From the NCBI GenBank assembly GCA_963747235.1, contig CAVVEU010000024.1:544001-608000 (forward strand): 64,000 bases of DNA, read 5' to 3'. The position numbers were made by a program, and so were the translations under genes. This DNA is from an uncultured Candidatus Rokubacteria bacterium. GTDB lineage: Bacteria; Methylomirabilota; Methylomirabilia; Rokubacteriales; CSP1-6. Positions 54,828-64,000 of this stretch are shown in pieces. The first letter of the stretch is position 1, and every line of letters begins with the position of its first letter. The notes under the pieces are model-generated. The model did no database searches. It was given only the letters and a program-made list of their open reading frames with translations, and was not told the origin of the DNA.

Positions 54828-56177
54828 TCACGGAAGGCGCGGTGACCAAGAAGCACTTGTGGACTCCCCGGGCGCCCGCGTGAGGGGTTGCTGCTCCGTG
54901 CCGTCGGCGAGCATGGTGAAGAGCTGATACCCGCCCGCCAGACGGTTGGACTGGAAGACGAGATGGCGGCCGTTCGGGGCCCACGAGGCGCCCTCGTTGT
55001 TGCCGGGACCGGCGGTGAGCCGCCGCAGGTTCGATCCGTCGGGGCCGATGCCCCAGAGATCGAAGTTGCCCTGGCGCGACGTGAAGACGATGGTGTCGCC
55101 CTTGGGGGACCAGCGGGGCTGCGTGTTGAACCCGGCCTGGGTGAGGCGCCGCACGTTCGCGCCCTCGGCGTCCATCACGAAGACGTGCGCGCCCCCGGCC
55201 CGCTCGGACACGAACGCGATCTCGCGCCCGGTCGGGGACCAGCTCGGCTCGGTGTCGATGCCGCTGTAGGTGGTCAGCCGGCGGAAGGCCCCGGAGGCGA
55301 GGTTCAGCACGTACACCTCGGGGTTGCCGTCGCGGGACAGGGTCAAAGCTACCGACTTGCCGTCCGGGCTGAAGGCGGGCGAGGTATTGATGCCGAGGAA
55401 GCCGGCCAGCACCTGCACCGGCCGGTTCTCGAACGGGAACATCCGGTAGAGGTACGGGTAGCCCCGCATGTACGAGGTGAAGGCCAGCGAGCGCGTGTCC
55501 GGGCTCCACACCGGCGAGATGTTGATGGAGTTGTTCGACGTCACGCGCGCCGCGCTCGCGCCGTCGTAGTCCATCAGGCTGAGCTCCTTGCTGCCGGAGC
55601 CCGAGTTCACGTAGGCGACCTTGGTGTCCGCGACGCCCGCCTCGCCGGTGAACTGCAGCACCACCTCGTCCGCCACCTTGTGGGCGAGCCGGCGCGTCTG
55701 CGCGGCGGGCAGCTCGATCTTCTTGGCCCCGATCAACCGGAACTCGGGCGAGGTCAGGTCGTGCAGCCGCATCTCGAGCTCGGCGCGGTCGCCGCGCAGG
55801 GTGAGCACGCCCTGCAGGCCCGCGTGGGCGCCCGCCGCCGCGAAGTTGGCGAAGGCGGCCTTGAGCGCGGCGGGATCCCCGACCGGGATCGCGGGCACGT
55901 CCGAGACGACGCTGAAGAGGCTCGAGAACGTGAGGTCACGCGCGGTCACCTGGGACAGGCCGCGCCCGAGCCCCTGGGCGTCGGGGCCGCCCACCACCGT
56001 GAAGTGCGGGATCACGATGTTGAGCTTCTTGGCGCCGGTGGCCAGCACGTTGAGCAGCACGTCGGCGGCCTGCGAGCGGGCGGCGGGCGGGGAGGCGAGG
56101 GCGCCGCCCAGCGCGGCCAGCAGCACCAGCCCGACGAGGAAGCCGAGCGGACGTCCGGGACGCATCAGTGTGTTCAT
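54828..56177 (-). CDS. tolB: Tol-Pal beta-propeller protein TolB
   Basis: AHKVAD, MDYDG, repeated PxWSPDG units. Confidence 0.93.
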   Translation of the reverse strand: MNTLMRPGRPLGFLVGLVLLAALGGALASPPAARSQAADVLLNVLATGAKKLNIVIPHFTVVGGPDAQGLGRGLSQVTARDLTFSSLFSVVSDVPAIPVGDPAALKAAFANFAAAGAHAGLQGVLTLRGDRAELEMRLHDLTSPEFRLIGAKKIELPAAQTRRLAHKVADEVVLQFTGEAGVADTKVAYVNSGSGSKELSLMDYDGASAARVTSNNSINISPVWSPDTRSLAFTSYMRGYPYLYRMFPFENRPVQVLAGFLGINTSPAFSPDGKSVALTLSRDGNPEVYVLNLASGAFRRLTTYSGIDTEPSWSPTGREIAFVSERAGGAHVFVMDAEGANVRRLTQAGFNTQPRWSPKGDTIVFTSRQGNFDLWGIGPDGSNLRRLTAGPGNNEGASWAPNGRHLVFQSNRLAGGYQLFTMLADGTEQQPLTRAPGESTSASWSPRLP

Positions 56178-56195
56178 GACTCACCCATTCATGTG

Positions 56196-57070
56196 TCAGC
56201 CGCGACGAAGGTCGAAGGTGAACAGGATGCGGAGCGACGGCTTCGTCCAGTCGTCGGGCAGTTTCGGGAAAGGGCCCGCCGCCATGACCGCGCGAAGGGC
56301 CGCATTGTCGTAGAAGGCGTTGCCGGAGCTCTTGTGGATGGCGGGCGGCTTGATCGATGCCGTCACGCAGGATCTCGACGTAGATCTGCGGCTTCTGCTG
56401 CGGGTCGCTGGGCTGGTTCTGACGCTGCCACTCCTGCTCGACCTTCTGGAGCACCTGCCGGAGGTACCACGCGTGCGGGAAGTCGCCGACGTCGAGGGTC
56501 AGGGCGCCCGCGCCGGTCACGGAGCCGGTCGGCGCGCCGAGCGATGCGGTCTCCGGGCGGCCGCGCGGACTCGGCCGTCTTCTCGCCCTGCGGGGTGCCG
56601 GCCGGCGGCGTCGCCAGCGACGGCAGCTCCTTCTCGCCGGGGCGGGGCAGGGTGGCCCGCGGCGGCAGCGGCCTCGCCGAGGGCAGGGACGGTGCGGGAA
56701 GGCTCGGCGCCTCGCGCTTCGGCGCCTCGCGCGGGGCGGTGGTGGCCTTGGGCTCCGGCTCGGGCTCGGGCGCGCGCGGCGCCACCGGCGCCTGCGGGCG
56801 CGCGGGCAGGGTCGGCGCGGCGGGCGCATTCGGGTTGCCGACCGCGGCCACCATCGGCACCAGGTTGACGACCTGGATCTTCTCGGAACGCCAGCCGCCC
56901 CACATCACGAACGCGGCCATGCCGCCGAACACCACGACGTGCACCACGGTGGAGAAGCCGATGGCCGCCAGCGGCAGGCGCCGCCGCCGCAGCGCCGGCC
57001 CCGGCCGTCTCAGACCGGGATCGGGGAGCGGACCGACGGGGTAGCGGCGGGCGGCCATCGTCGAGCTCAT
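56196..57070 (-). CDS. TonB/TolA-like energy transducer, frameshifts
   Basis: TM helix with STVVH (SxxxH), Pro-rich linker, C-terminal domain (SSGNAFYDNAALRAV...PFPKLP). Confidence 0.8.
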
Positions 57071-57507
57071 CGAGCGCGGGTCGGCTCCGTCACCATGCCG
57101 AGCTTCTCGATCCCGGCGCGGCGCACGCGATCCATCGTCTCGACCACGAGGCCGTACTGCAGGGCCTGGTCCGCCCGCAGGTAGAGCGTCTTGTCCTGCC
57201 GGTTCTTGAACAGGTCGCGCAGGGCCTGCTCGACCGCGCCCAGGGCCACCGGCTTGTCGTTGATGTAGATGGTCTGCTCCTTCGTCACCGTCAGCACCAC
57301 CCGCTCCTCGACCGCGGTCGGCTTGCCCGAGCTCTTGGGCAGGTTGACGTCGATGCCCCGGTACATGAGCGGCGCGGTGAGCATGAAGATGAGGAGGAGC
57401 ACCAGGATGACGTCGACCAGCGGGATGATGTTGATCTCGGACATCGTCCCGCCGATGCGGTAGCTGCCGCCGCCGCCGTAGTCGGGCGTGTCGACCTTAA
57501 TGGCCAT
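57067..57507 (-). CDS. tolR: TolR/ExbD family protein
   Basis: EINIIPLVDVILVLLLIFM, VNLP, LRADQALQYG. Confidence 0.88.
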   Translation of the reverse strand: MAIKVDTPDYGGGGSYRIGGTMSEINIIPLVDVILVLLLIFMLTAPLMYRGIDVNLPKSSGKPTAVEERVVLTVTKEQTIYINDKPVALGAVEQALRDLFKNRQDKTLYLRADQALQYGLVVETMDRVRRAGIEKLGMVTEPTRAR

Positions 57508-58237
57508 CTTTGGGCACCCGTGCCATCTTCTGCGCCGGACGAGCGAAGGCGTTCAGCAGGTCCAGCGTGAAGCCTTCCATCTCCATCGCCCAGTGCTTGG
57601 TGCGGTTCACGAAGAAGTTGTAGCCCATGACCGCGGGAATGGCCGCGCCGAGGCCGGCCGCGGTGGCCACGAGCGCTTCCGAGATGCCGGGCGCGACCAC
57701 CGCGAGGTTGGCCGAGCCCTGCTGGCCGATGTTCTGGAAGGCGGTCATGATGCCCCACACCGTGCCGAACAGCCCGATGAACGGCGCCGAGCTGGCCACG
57801 GTGGCGAGGAAGGGCAGGTAGCGCTCCATGCGCGCGACTTCGGAGGAGCCGGCCCGCCGGAGCGCGCGGCTGGTCGCGTCCAGGCGCTCGACGGCCAGAC
57901 CCTCCTCCGCGTCGTCCAGTACGTGGTCCACCATCTCCGCGCTGCCGTAGGCGGTGACCAGCTCCTGGCCCGCCGCCACGTAGAGCTGGGCCAGGGGGCT
58001 GTCGCGGTGCTTCTTGGCCGCTCCGTAGACCACCGAGAAGCGACGTGCTTCCCGGAAGATCTGCCGGAAGCGGAGCGACTCGCGCCGGATCTTCCGGAAC
58101 TCCCACCACTTCTCGACGATCAGCGCCCAGCAGATGACGGAGAAGGTCGCGAGGAGGAGCAGGACGAACTTGGCGACGGGACCGGCGCTGAGGACGAGCT
58201 CCGCAACGCCGCCGTTGGCACTTCCTGACCCTGGCAC
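57497..58237 (-). CDS. tolQ: TolQ/ExbB family proton channel
   Basis: LATVASSAPFIGLFGTVWGI, VAPGISEALVATAAGL, AIPAV. Confidence 0.9.
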   Translation of the reverse strand: MPGSGSANGGVAELVLSAGPVAKFVLLLLATFSVICWALIVEKWWEFRKIRRESLRFRQIFREARRFSVVYGAAKKHRDSPLAQLYVAAGQELVTAYGSAEMVDHVLDDAEEGLAVERLDATSRALRRAGSSEVARMERYLPFLATVASSAPFIGLFGTVWGIMTAFQNIGQQGSANLAVVAPGISEALVATAAGLGAAIPAVMGYNFFVNRTKHWAMEMEGFTLDLLNAFARPAQKMARVPKDGH

Positions 58238-58362
58238 CCGGGGGTCTCCTTGTACGAGTGAATGGGGAACGACGTGACGAATTCTTTGATTTGATGATAC
58301 CGGAGCCTTTTTCAGAGTGTCAACAAATTCGCCCCGAAAATGCCTGAAAAGTCGCTGAATTA

Positions 58363-58391
58363 TTGACAGTCTTGGGGTCCGGCCGTATAAG
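58363..58391 (+). promoter_or_regulatory. sigma70-type leaderless promoter of lgt
   Basis: TTGACA-17-TATAAG, ATG 6 nt downstream, AT-rich divergent intergenic region. Confidence 0.65.
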
Positions 58392-58397
58392 CCTTAC

Positions 58398-59180
58398 ATG
58401 TTCCAGTCGCCGGGCGCCATCGCGGTGCACGTGGGCCCCATCGCGATCCGCTGGTACGGCGTCCTCATGGCGACGGCCATGGCCCTGGGCCTGTGGCTCG
58501 CGCATCGGGACGCGCAGCGTCGGGGCCTCGATTCCGAGCGCCTGCTGAAGGCCTCCGAGCTGGCCCTGCTGGGCGGCCTGATCGGCGCGCGACTCTACTA
58601 CGTGGCGTTCAACCTCGACTACTACAGCCAGTTCCCCGGTAAAATCTTCGCGCTCTGGGAAGGCGGGCTCGCCATCCACGGCGGCGTGCTGGGCGGCATC
58701 CTGGTGGGTGGGATCTATGCGTGGCGGCGGCGTCTGCCCCTCCGGCACTATCTCGACGTGGCCGCGCCGAGCCTCGCGCTTGGACAGGCGATCGGGCGAT
58801 GGGGCAACTTCTTCAACGAGGAAGCGTTCGGCCGGCCCACCGAGCTGCCCTGGAAGCTGTACATCTCGCCGCCGCACCGGCCGCTGCCGTTCGCGCAGGC
58901 CGAGTACTTCCACCCCACGTTCCTCTACGAGTCCACGTGGGACCTCATGGTGTTCGGCCTCCTCGTGTTCGTGCTCCGCGATCGTCTCGTGCGGGCGCCG
59001 GGCGCGCTGTTCCTGGCCTACGTCGGGCTCTACTCGCTCGGCCGGATCTTCACCGAAGCCCTGCGAACCGACCCGCTGATGCTGGGCTCCGTCCGCGTCG
59101 CGCAGCTCGTGAGCCTGCTCTGCATGATCCTGGCCCTGGTGGGCGTGCCGCTGCTGCTGCGCCGCCGCCGCGCCGTCTGA
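58398..59180 (+). CDS. lgt: Prolipoprotein diacylglyceryl transferase
   Basis: IRWYG, GARLYY, GGLAIHGG, GRWGNFFN, HPTFLYES. Confidence 0.96.
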   Translation: MFQSPGAIAVHVGPIAIRWYGVLMATAMALGLWLAHRDAQRRGLDSERLLKASELALLGGLIGARLYYVAFNLDYYSQFPGKIFALWEGGLAIHGGVLGGILVGGIYAWRRRLPLRHYLDVAAPSLALGQAIGRWGNFFNEEAFGRPTELPWKLYISPPHRPLPFAQAEYFHPTFLYESTWDLMVFGLLVFVLRDRLVRAPGALFLAYVGLYSLGRIFTEALRTDPLMLGSVRVAQLVSLLCMILALVGVPLLLRRRRAV

Positions 59181-59202
59181 TCCGCGGCGGCCCCCCGGCG
59201 GC

Positions 59203-59877
59203 ATGAAGCGCTACGCGAGCCGCGACGGACGTCTCCGTCTCTTCGTGGGCGACAGCCGGCGCCTGGCCGGCATCGCCACCGGCAGCGTCGGCGTCATCCT
59301 GACCTCGCCGCCCTACTGGGTGCGCGGGCGTGGGCGCGCGCGGGCCGAGCGCTACGCGCGCGAGCTCGCGGCCGGCTTCGCGCGGGAGTGGCGCCGGGTG
59401 CTCGCGGACCACGGCGACCTCTGGCTCGTGATCGGCGACCGGCACGACGGGACCGAGTGGGTGGGGATGGACGCGCTCGCCGCGAGCTCCCTGCGCCGCG
59501 CCGGCTTCAGGCTGCAGGCCAAGGGGCTCTGGGCGCAGGTGCGCTCGCGCGAGCGCTGGGACAACCGGGTCAACCACCTGCTGCGCTTCCGGAAGGCGGA
59601 GCATCCGGTGCGGGTGGATGGGACCACGCTCTGCTGGATGCTGCCGCTGCCGCGCTCGCACCCGGAGAGCCTGTGGGACGCGACGCCGGACCCGGTGCTC
59701 CGCGGCCTGCTCGCGCTCTCCGCGCGCCGCGGCGCGGTGCTCGATCCGTTCGCGGGCGCGGGCACCGTGGGGCGCATCGCGGCCGCGCTCGGGCGCGAGT
59801 GGATCGGGGTGGAGCGCGATCCGCAGATGGCGGCGTTGACCGCGCGCCGGCTGCGGCTCCGCCCGGTCAGGGCCTGA
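59203..59877 (+). CDS. Short orphan amino-methyltransferase (N4-C/N6-A, beta-class motif order)
   Basis: TSPPY (motif IV) precedes VLDPFAGAGT (motif I). Confidence 0.78.
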   Translation: MKRYASRDGRLRLFVGDSRRLAGIATGSVGVILTSPPYWVRGRGRARAERYARELAAGFAREWRRVLADHGDLWLVIGDRHDGTEWVGMDALAASSLRRAGFRLQAKGLWAQVRSRERWDNRVNHLLRFRKAEHPVRVDGTTLCWMLPLPRSHPESLWDATPDPVLRGLLALSARRGAVLDPFAGAGTVGRIAAALGREWIGVERDPQMAALTARRLRLRPVRA

Positions 59878-61094
59878 GCGTCGCGTAGACCAGCCGGCGC
59901 AGCGAGGCCTCGTCGAAGGCGGTGGCCTGCCGGCTCGGCGCGCTGGCCTCGGTCTTGAGCCCGGTCTCGCTCAGGATCACGCAGATGGTCGCGTCGGGAT
60001 CGATCGCCTTCTCGGCGAGGAGCCGTCGCAGCACCGCGAGCGCGGCCACGCCGGTCGGCCCAGCCCAGATGCCCTCGGTGCGGGCCAGCAGGGCCTGCGT
60101 CTCGAGGATCTCCTCGTCCTCCGCCTCACCCGCCACGCCGCCGGTCTCGTTCAGGATGCGCAGCACCCAGTCGCCCTTGCGGCCCGGGTTGCCCGCCGCG
60201 AGCCCCTCGGCCACCGTGTAGCCGATCTTCACCGGCTCGACCGGCCGCTTGCCGCGCCACGCGCGCGTGATCGCGTTGGCCCGCGCCGCCTGCGCGGCCA
60301 CCATCAGGGGCCGCCGCGGGATCCAGCCGAGCCGCTCGAGCTCGACGAAGCCGCGGTGGGTCGCGATGAAGGTCTCGCCCACCGCCGCGGGGGCCACCAC
60401 CACGTCCGGCGCCCGCCAGCCCGACTGCTCGGCGATCTCGTAGGCGAGCGTCTTCTTGCCCTCGTGCTTGTAGGCGTTGCGCGAGGCGCCGCAGTCGAAG
60501 AAGAGCCGCTCCTCGACGAGCCGGTCCCAGAGGTGATGAGGTCGTCGTAGACCCCCTGGTAGAGGACGAGATCGGTGGCGGTGGCGGTCATGTGCAGGAG
60601 CTTGGGCGCCGAGGTCCGCTCGTAGGCGAAGATCAGCGAGCGCAGGCCGGCGCGCGCGGAGTAGGCGGCGATGGACGAGCCCGCGTTGCCGGAGCTCACC
60701 ACCGAGGTGGCGCGGAAGCCGAACTGGAGCGCGGCCGCCACCGCGGTGGGGGAGGAGCGGTCCTTCACGGTGCCCGGTGGGATTGCTGCCCTCGAACTTG
60801 ACCTGGAGCCGGCGCACGCCGAGCCGGCGACCGAGGGCCGGGCAGTCGAGCAGCGGGCTCTGCCCCTCGCCGAGGGTCACGCGGTGGGCCGGGTCGGCGA
60901 TGGGCAGCACCGGCGCGTAGCGCCAGAGGCCGCCGCCGGTGAAGACCGCCGGCCCCGCCTGGCGAAGCGCCTCCCAGTCGTAGGTGAGCTCGAGGAGGCC
61001 GCGGCACGCCGCGCACTCGAGCACGTAGCTCGAGCGGGTGCTCGCGTCCGCACTCGATGCAGCGGAGGGCGGTCGCGAATGACTCTCACGTCAT
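59867..61094 (-). CDS. Threonine synthase-like PLP enzyme, frameshifts
   Basis: N-terminal CxxC pairs, LWRY, LGEG, NPTG(T)VKDR, SSGNAG, EGKKT, RTEGI, GLK. Confidence 0.82.
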
Positions 61095-61106
61095 CGCGGC
61101 CCGAAG

Positions 61107-62088
61107 CTACTGCTCGAGGATGGCGATCATCGTCCTCGATGCGATGGCGCAGGGTGTGCTCGGCGAGCGCCCGCTTGCGCGCCCGCTCGCCGATGTCGCG
61201 CGCCTCGTCGGGATGGGCGAGGTAGTGGTCGAGCTGCCGCCGCAGCTCGGCCAGGTCGTGGTACACCACCGACCTCTTCCCCCGCGGTGAAGAGGTGGGC
61301 GAGCTCGTCCTTGGCGTCCACCACCTGGCACGCCGCGCTCGCCGCGAGCTCGAAGGCGCGCGTGTTCACGCCCACGATGTCGTTCATCGGGTGGTGGTGG
61401 TTCAGCGACAGCGTCGAGCCCGAGTACACCGCGAGCTTGGCCCGCCCCCACACCGGGCCGCCCGCCACCATCGCGCGCACCTCGGGCGCCTCGACGCGGT
61501 CCCAGCCGCCGCCCCAGAGCCGCACCGGGTAGCCCGCCAGCTCGCGCACGAAGCGCGTCCGGTAGGGATAGGCGTTGCCGACGAAGCTGATCGGCGCCGC
61601 GTAGCGCCGCGTCTCCTCCGCGGTCAGCTCGATCGGGTGGTGCTGCTCGGGCACGCAGTACATCGGCAGGTAGTGCAGGTTGCGCAGCCCCGCCTGCTCG
61701 AGCGCCCGCAGCGCGTAGCGCTCCTTGGTGAAGAAGGCGTCGTAGGCCTCGACGCAGTCGAACGGGATCATCCACAGCGGGTTGTCGGGGAAGAAGTTGA
61801 GGAAGCGGGTGTCGATCCGGGCCTTCACGCGCCGGATGAGGCCCGGGCGTGACCGGGCCCGCCCTTGATCACGAGCACGAGATCCGGCCGCCACGCGAGG
61901 CAGGCGCGCTCGAGCCGGCGGAGGATGAAGATCTGGTAGGTGGCCTTGGTGCTGCGGTTCTTGTAGAGCGGGTTATCGCGCCGGTAGGCGAAGGTCCGCA
62001 CCTCGTGGCCCATGGCCACGAGCTCGTCGCGGAAGTCCATCCCCATCAACCCGGGACGCGCGAACGGCAGGACGATCAGCCAGCGCAC
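61107..62088 (-). CDS. CgeB-like glycosyltransferase, frameshifts
   Basis: PDLVLVIKG, ISFVG, NTRAFELAA, EHTLRHR. Confidence 0.8.
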
Positions 62089-62129
62089 GGGCGAAGCGTA
62101 TCACACCGGTATCACATCGACGGGGGGCC

Positions 62130-63121
62130 TCAGGCGAAGGCGGGCAGCACTTCCCGGGACAGCAGCTCCAGCTCGCGCATGATGTGCCGATGCGGCATGC
62201 CGGGGAAGAAGACCCGGCAGATGAGATGGGTCATGCCGTACTCGTCGACGAAGGGCCGGAGCGCGCGGATGACTTGCTCGGGCCCGCCGATGAGGAAGCG
62301 ATTCTTCATCAGCCCGTCGAGATCGGTGGCGATGGAGGCGTCGATGAACGGATGCCGCCAGCCCCCCGCGTACTCCTTGCGGTACGAGATCATGATGTGC
62401 TTCTCGGCCAGCTCGCGCGCCTCCCGGTCGGTGTCGGCGATGATGACGTCGCGGGTGAGCGGCCACTCGGTGATCGGCTCCGTCCGCCCCGCCGCCTTCC
62501 GGTTGGCCAGGAACTGCTGCTTGCCCGCGAGCAGGCGGGGCAGGTCCGCGGTGGGCCCCGGGATCCAGTTGTCGGCCAGGGTGGCGGCGCGGCGCAGGGT
62601 GATGTCGCCCCATCCGCCGATCCAGACCGGGGGATGCGGGCGCGTGATGGACTTGGGCTCGAGCCGGCCCGTCACCTTGTAGTACGTGCCCCTGGAAGGA
62701 CACCGTCTCCTGGGTCCACAGGGCCTTCATGATCGCGAGCTGCTCCTCGAAGCGCGCGCCGCGCTTCGCGAGCTCGGCGTCGTAGAGGGCGAACTCGTCC
62801 GGCTTGTAGCCGATGGCGATGCCGAGCACGAAGCGCCCGTCCGACATCACGTCCAGCATGGCCGCGTCCTCCGCGAGCCGGACCGGATGGTAGAACGGCG
62901 CCACCAGGATGTCGGTGCCCAGCCGCATGCGGGTGGTCCGCGTCGCGAAGCCCGCGAGCACCGGCAGCGGGCGAGGGCCAGTAGTGATCGGTGACCGAGT
63001 GGTGCTCCTCCATCCACACCGAGTCGAAGCCCAGCTCCTCGGCGCGCGTGACCTCCTCGAGCGCCTCCCGGTAGTAGTGCCCGCCCTCGATGGGGATGAA
63101 GCCGACTTCGAGGCGCGCCAC
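62130..63121 (-). CDS. LLM-class flavin-dependent oxidoreductase, frameshifts
   Basis: AEELGFDSVWMEEHH, HPVRLAEDAAMLD, GRFVLG, PPVWIGG. Confidence 0.88.
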
Positions 63122-63128
63122 GATCGCG

Positions 63129-63314
63129 CTACTTATCGCTCGCCAGCTTGCCGTTCACGCCCCAGTTCGTCTTCTCGATGTCCTGGAACACGATGTGCAC
63201 CTGGTCGGCGGTGGTCTTGCCGATCTTGACCATCGCGTCGGTGATGGCGGCGGTGATCTCGCGCTTCTGCTGGTCGGTGCGGCCGGCGTACCACTGGACG
63301 GTGATGTTGGGCAT
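63129..63314 (-). CDS. 4-oxalocrotonate tautomerase family protein
   Basis: Pro-1 (MPNITV), GRTDQQKR, NWGVNG; 61 aa; SD GAGGAG. Confidence 0.92.
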   Translation of the reverse strand: MPNITVQWYAGRTDQQKREITAAITDAMVKIGKTTADQVHIVFQDIEKTNWGVNGKLASDK

Positions 63315-63337
63315 CGGAGTCTCCTCGCTGGTCGGGG

Positions 63338-63670
63338 TTACTTGAGTCGCCGCAGGTCGTCGGGGAAATTGGACGTGAACGAGTAGGACCGGACGAGGCC
63401 GTCGGCGTTGAAGCGCACGATGAGGTCCTTGCTGACCGCGCTCGCGCCCAGGCGCTGCACGTAGAGCCATCGCCAGGTCGAATCGCCGTTCTCGAAGCCG
63501 ACCTGGTAGGGCTCGCCGAGCATCCGCTGGAGCCCCCAGCGATCGCTCCGGCCCGCGACGATCCAGTGCGCGTCGGGCGAGGGGAACTCGCGGCCGATCC
63601 TGATCGACATGCAGCCGGCGAAGAGACCGAGCGCGACCAGACATACCAGTAGCGACCCGGGCGCGCGCAT
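63338..63670 (-). CDS. Small lipoprotein, SmpA/BamE-like fold
   Basis: Lipobox FAGC, LGEP, WRWLY, LIVRF; TTGACA-17-CATACT promoter 7 nt upstream. Confidence 0.7.
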   Translation of the reverse strand: MRAPGSLLVCLVALGLFAGCMSIRIGREFPSPDAHWIVAGRSDRWGLQRMLGEPYQVGFENGDSTWRWLYVQRLGASAVSKDLIVRFNADGLVRSYSFTSNFPDDLRRLK

Positions 63671-63816
63671 GGCGCGGAGTATGAATCCGGCCAGGTACTT
63701 TGTCAACGATTCGCGCGGTTGCACGTCGCGCGATACGACGGCGTGGACGGCGGCGGAAATTCGCCGGCTGGTGCGAGTACTGACGAGAGCGGCCGAGAAG
63801 CTCGACGGCTAGGCGC

Positions 63817-64000
63817 TCATGCCCTGAGGCCTTGGTCAAGCACTCTCGCCAATTCGGTGCACGTGATGTTCTGTACGGCCATCTTGCCGTCACTGTCCCG
63901 GGTGAAGATGACCGTGACGCTCGTGCCGGACGGGAATGACTCCAGGATCAGTCCTTCCGGGAGCGGGATTCTCTCCCGGTCACTCAGCACGATACAATCC
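63817..64000 (-). CDS. 3' part of hypothetical protein (partial, lower GC)
   Basis: Open frame ...IVLSDRERIPLPEGLILESFPSGTSVTVIFTRDSDGKMAVQNIT...LRA*. Confidence 0.45.
   Translation of the reverse strand, partial: DCIVLSDRERIPLPEGLILESFPSGTSVTVIFTRDSDGKMAVQNITCTELARVLDQGLRA

Noticed and set aside
58240-58397. AT-rich stretch as foreign DNA or RNA gene
   Set aside because: Explained by divergent promoters for tolQ and lgt; no tRNA-like structure seen
59203-59877. Restriction-modification or defence island
   Set aside because: No nuclease, mobility genes or compositional shift nearby

Overview
High-GC (roughly 70% by eye) chromosomal segment of a diderm bacterium (BamD, Tol-Pal, Lgt). Gene content and style suggest Rokubacteria/Methylomirabilota, which is an inference. 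It holds about 65 densely packed genes. Many, including housekeeping genes, are broken by single-base indels that look like uncorrected long-read errors rather than decay. Blocks in order: ltaE/bamD/msrAB; LarA-like enzyme plus TAXI-TRAP transporter; sugar ABC; peptide ABC; sigma54 regulatory module; pxpABC/D-glutamate-cyclase-like cluster; glycine cleavage operon with lipoate ligase and pepA; ECF42-type sigma/DGPF pair; DUF151 nuclease-AAA-DUF4197 operon; fhs; Gld-like ABC exporter; tol-pal; lgt; orphan methyltransferase. I found no rRNA, tRNA, CRISPR array, transposase or prophage. The best novelty candidate is a short AAA protein (39642-40631) with several degenerate catalytic motifs (Walker B DE->DQ, sensor-1 N->S, first SRH Arg lost). 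It ends in GQYL, the proteasome-docking tail of actinobacterial Mpa/ARC and Bpa/PafE, so it may be an undescribed ATPase-dead proteasome activator or regulator. Other leads are a dispersed set of sigma54 promoters with a stand-alone HisKA protein, frequent leaderless promoters, palindromes inside coding sequence, and an unannotated 30-aa membrane peptide coupled to the TRAP permease.
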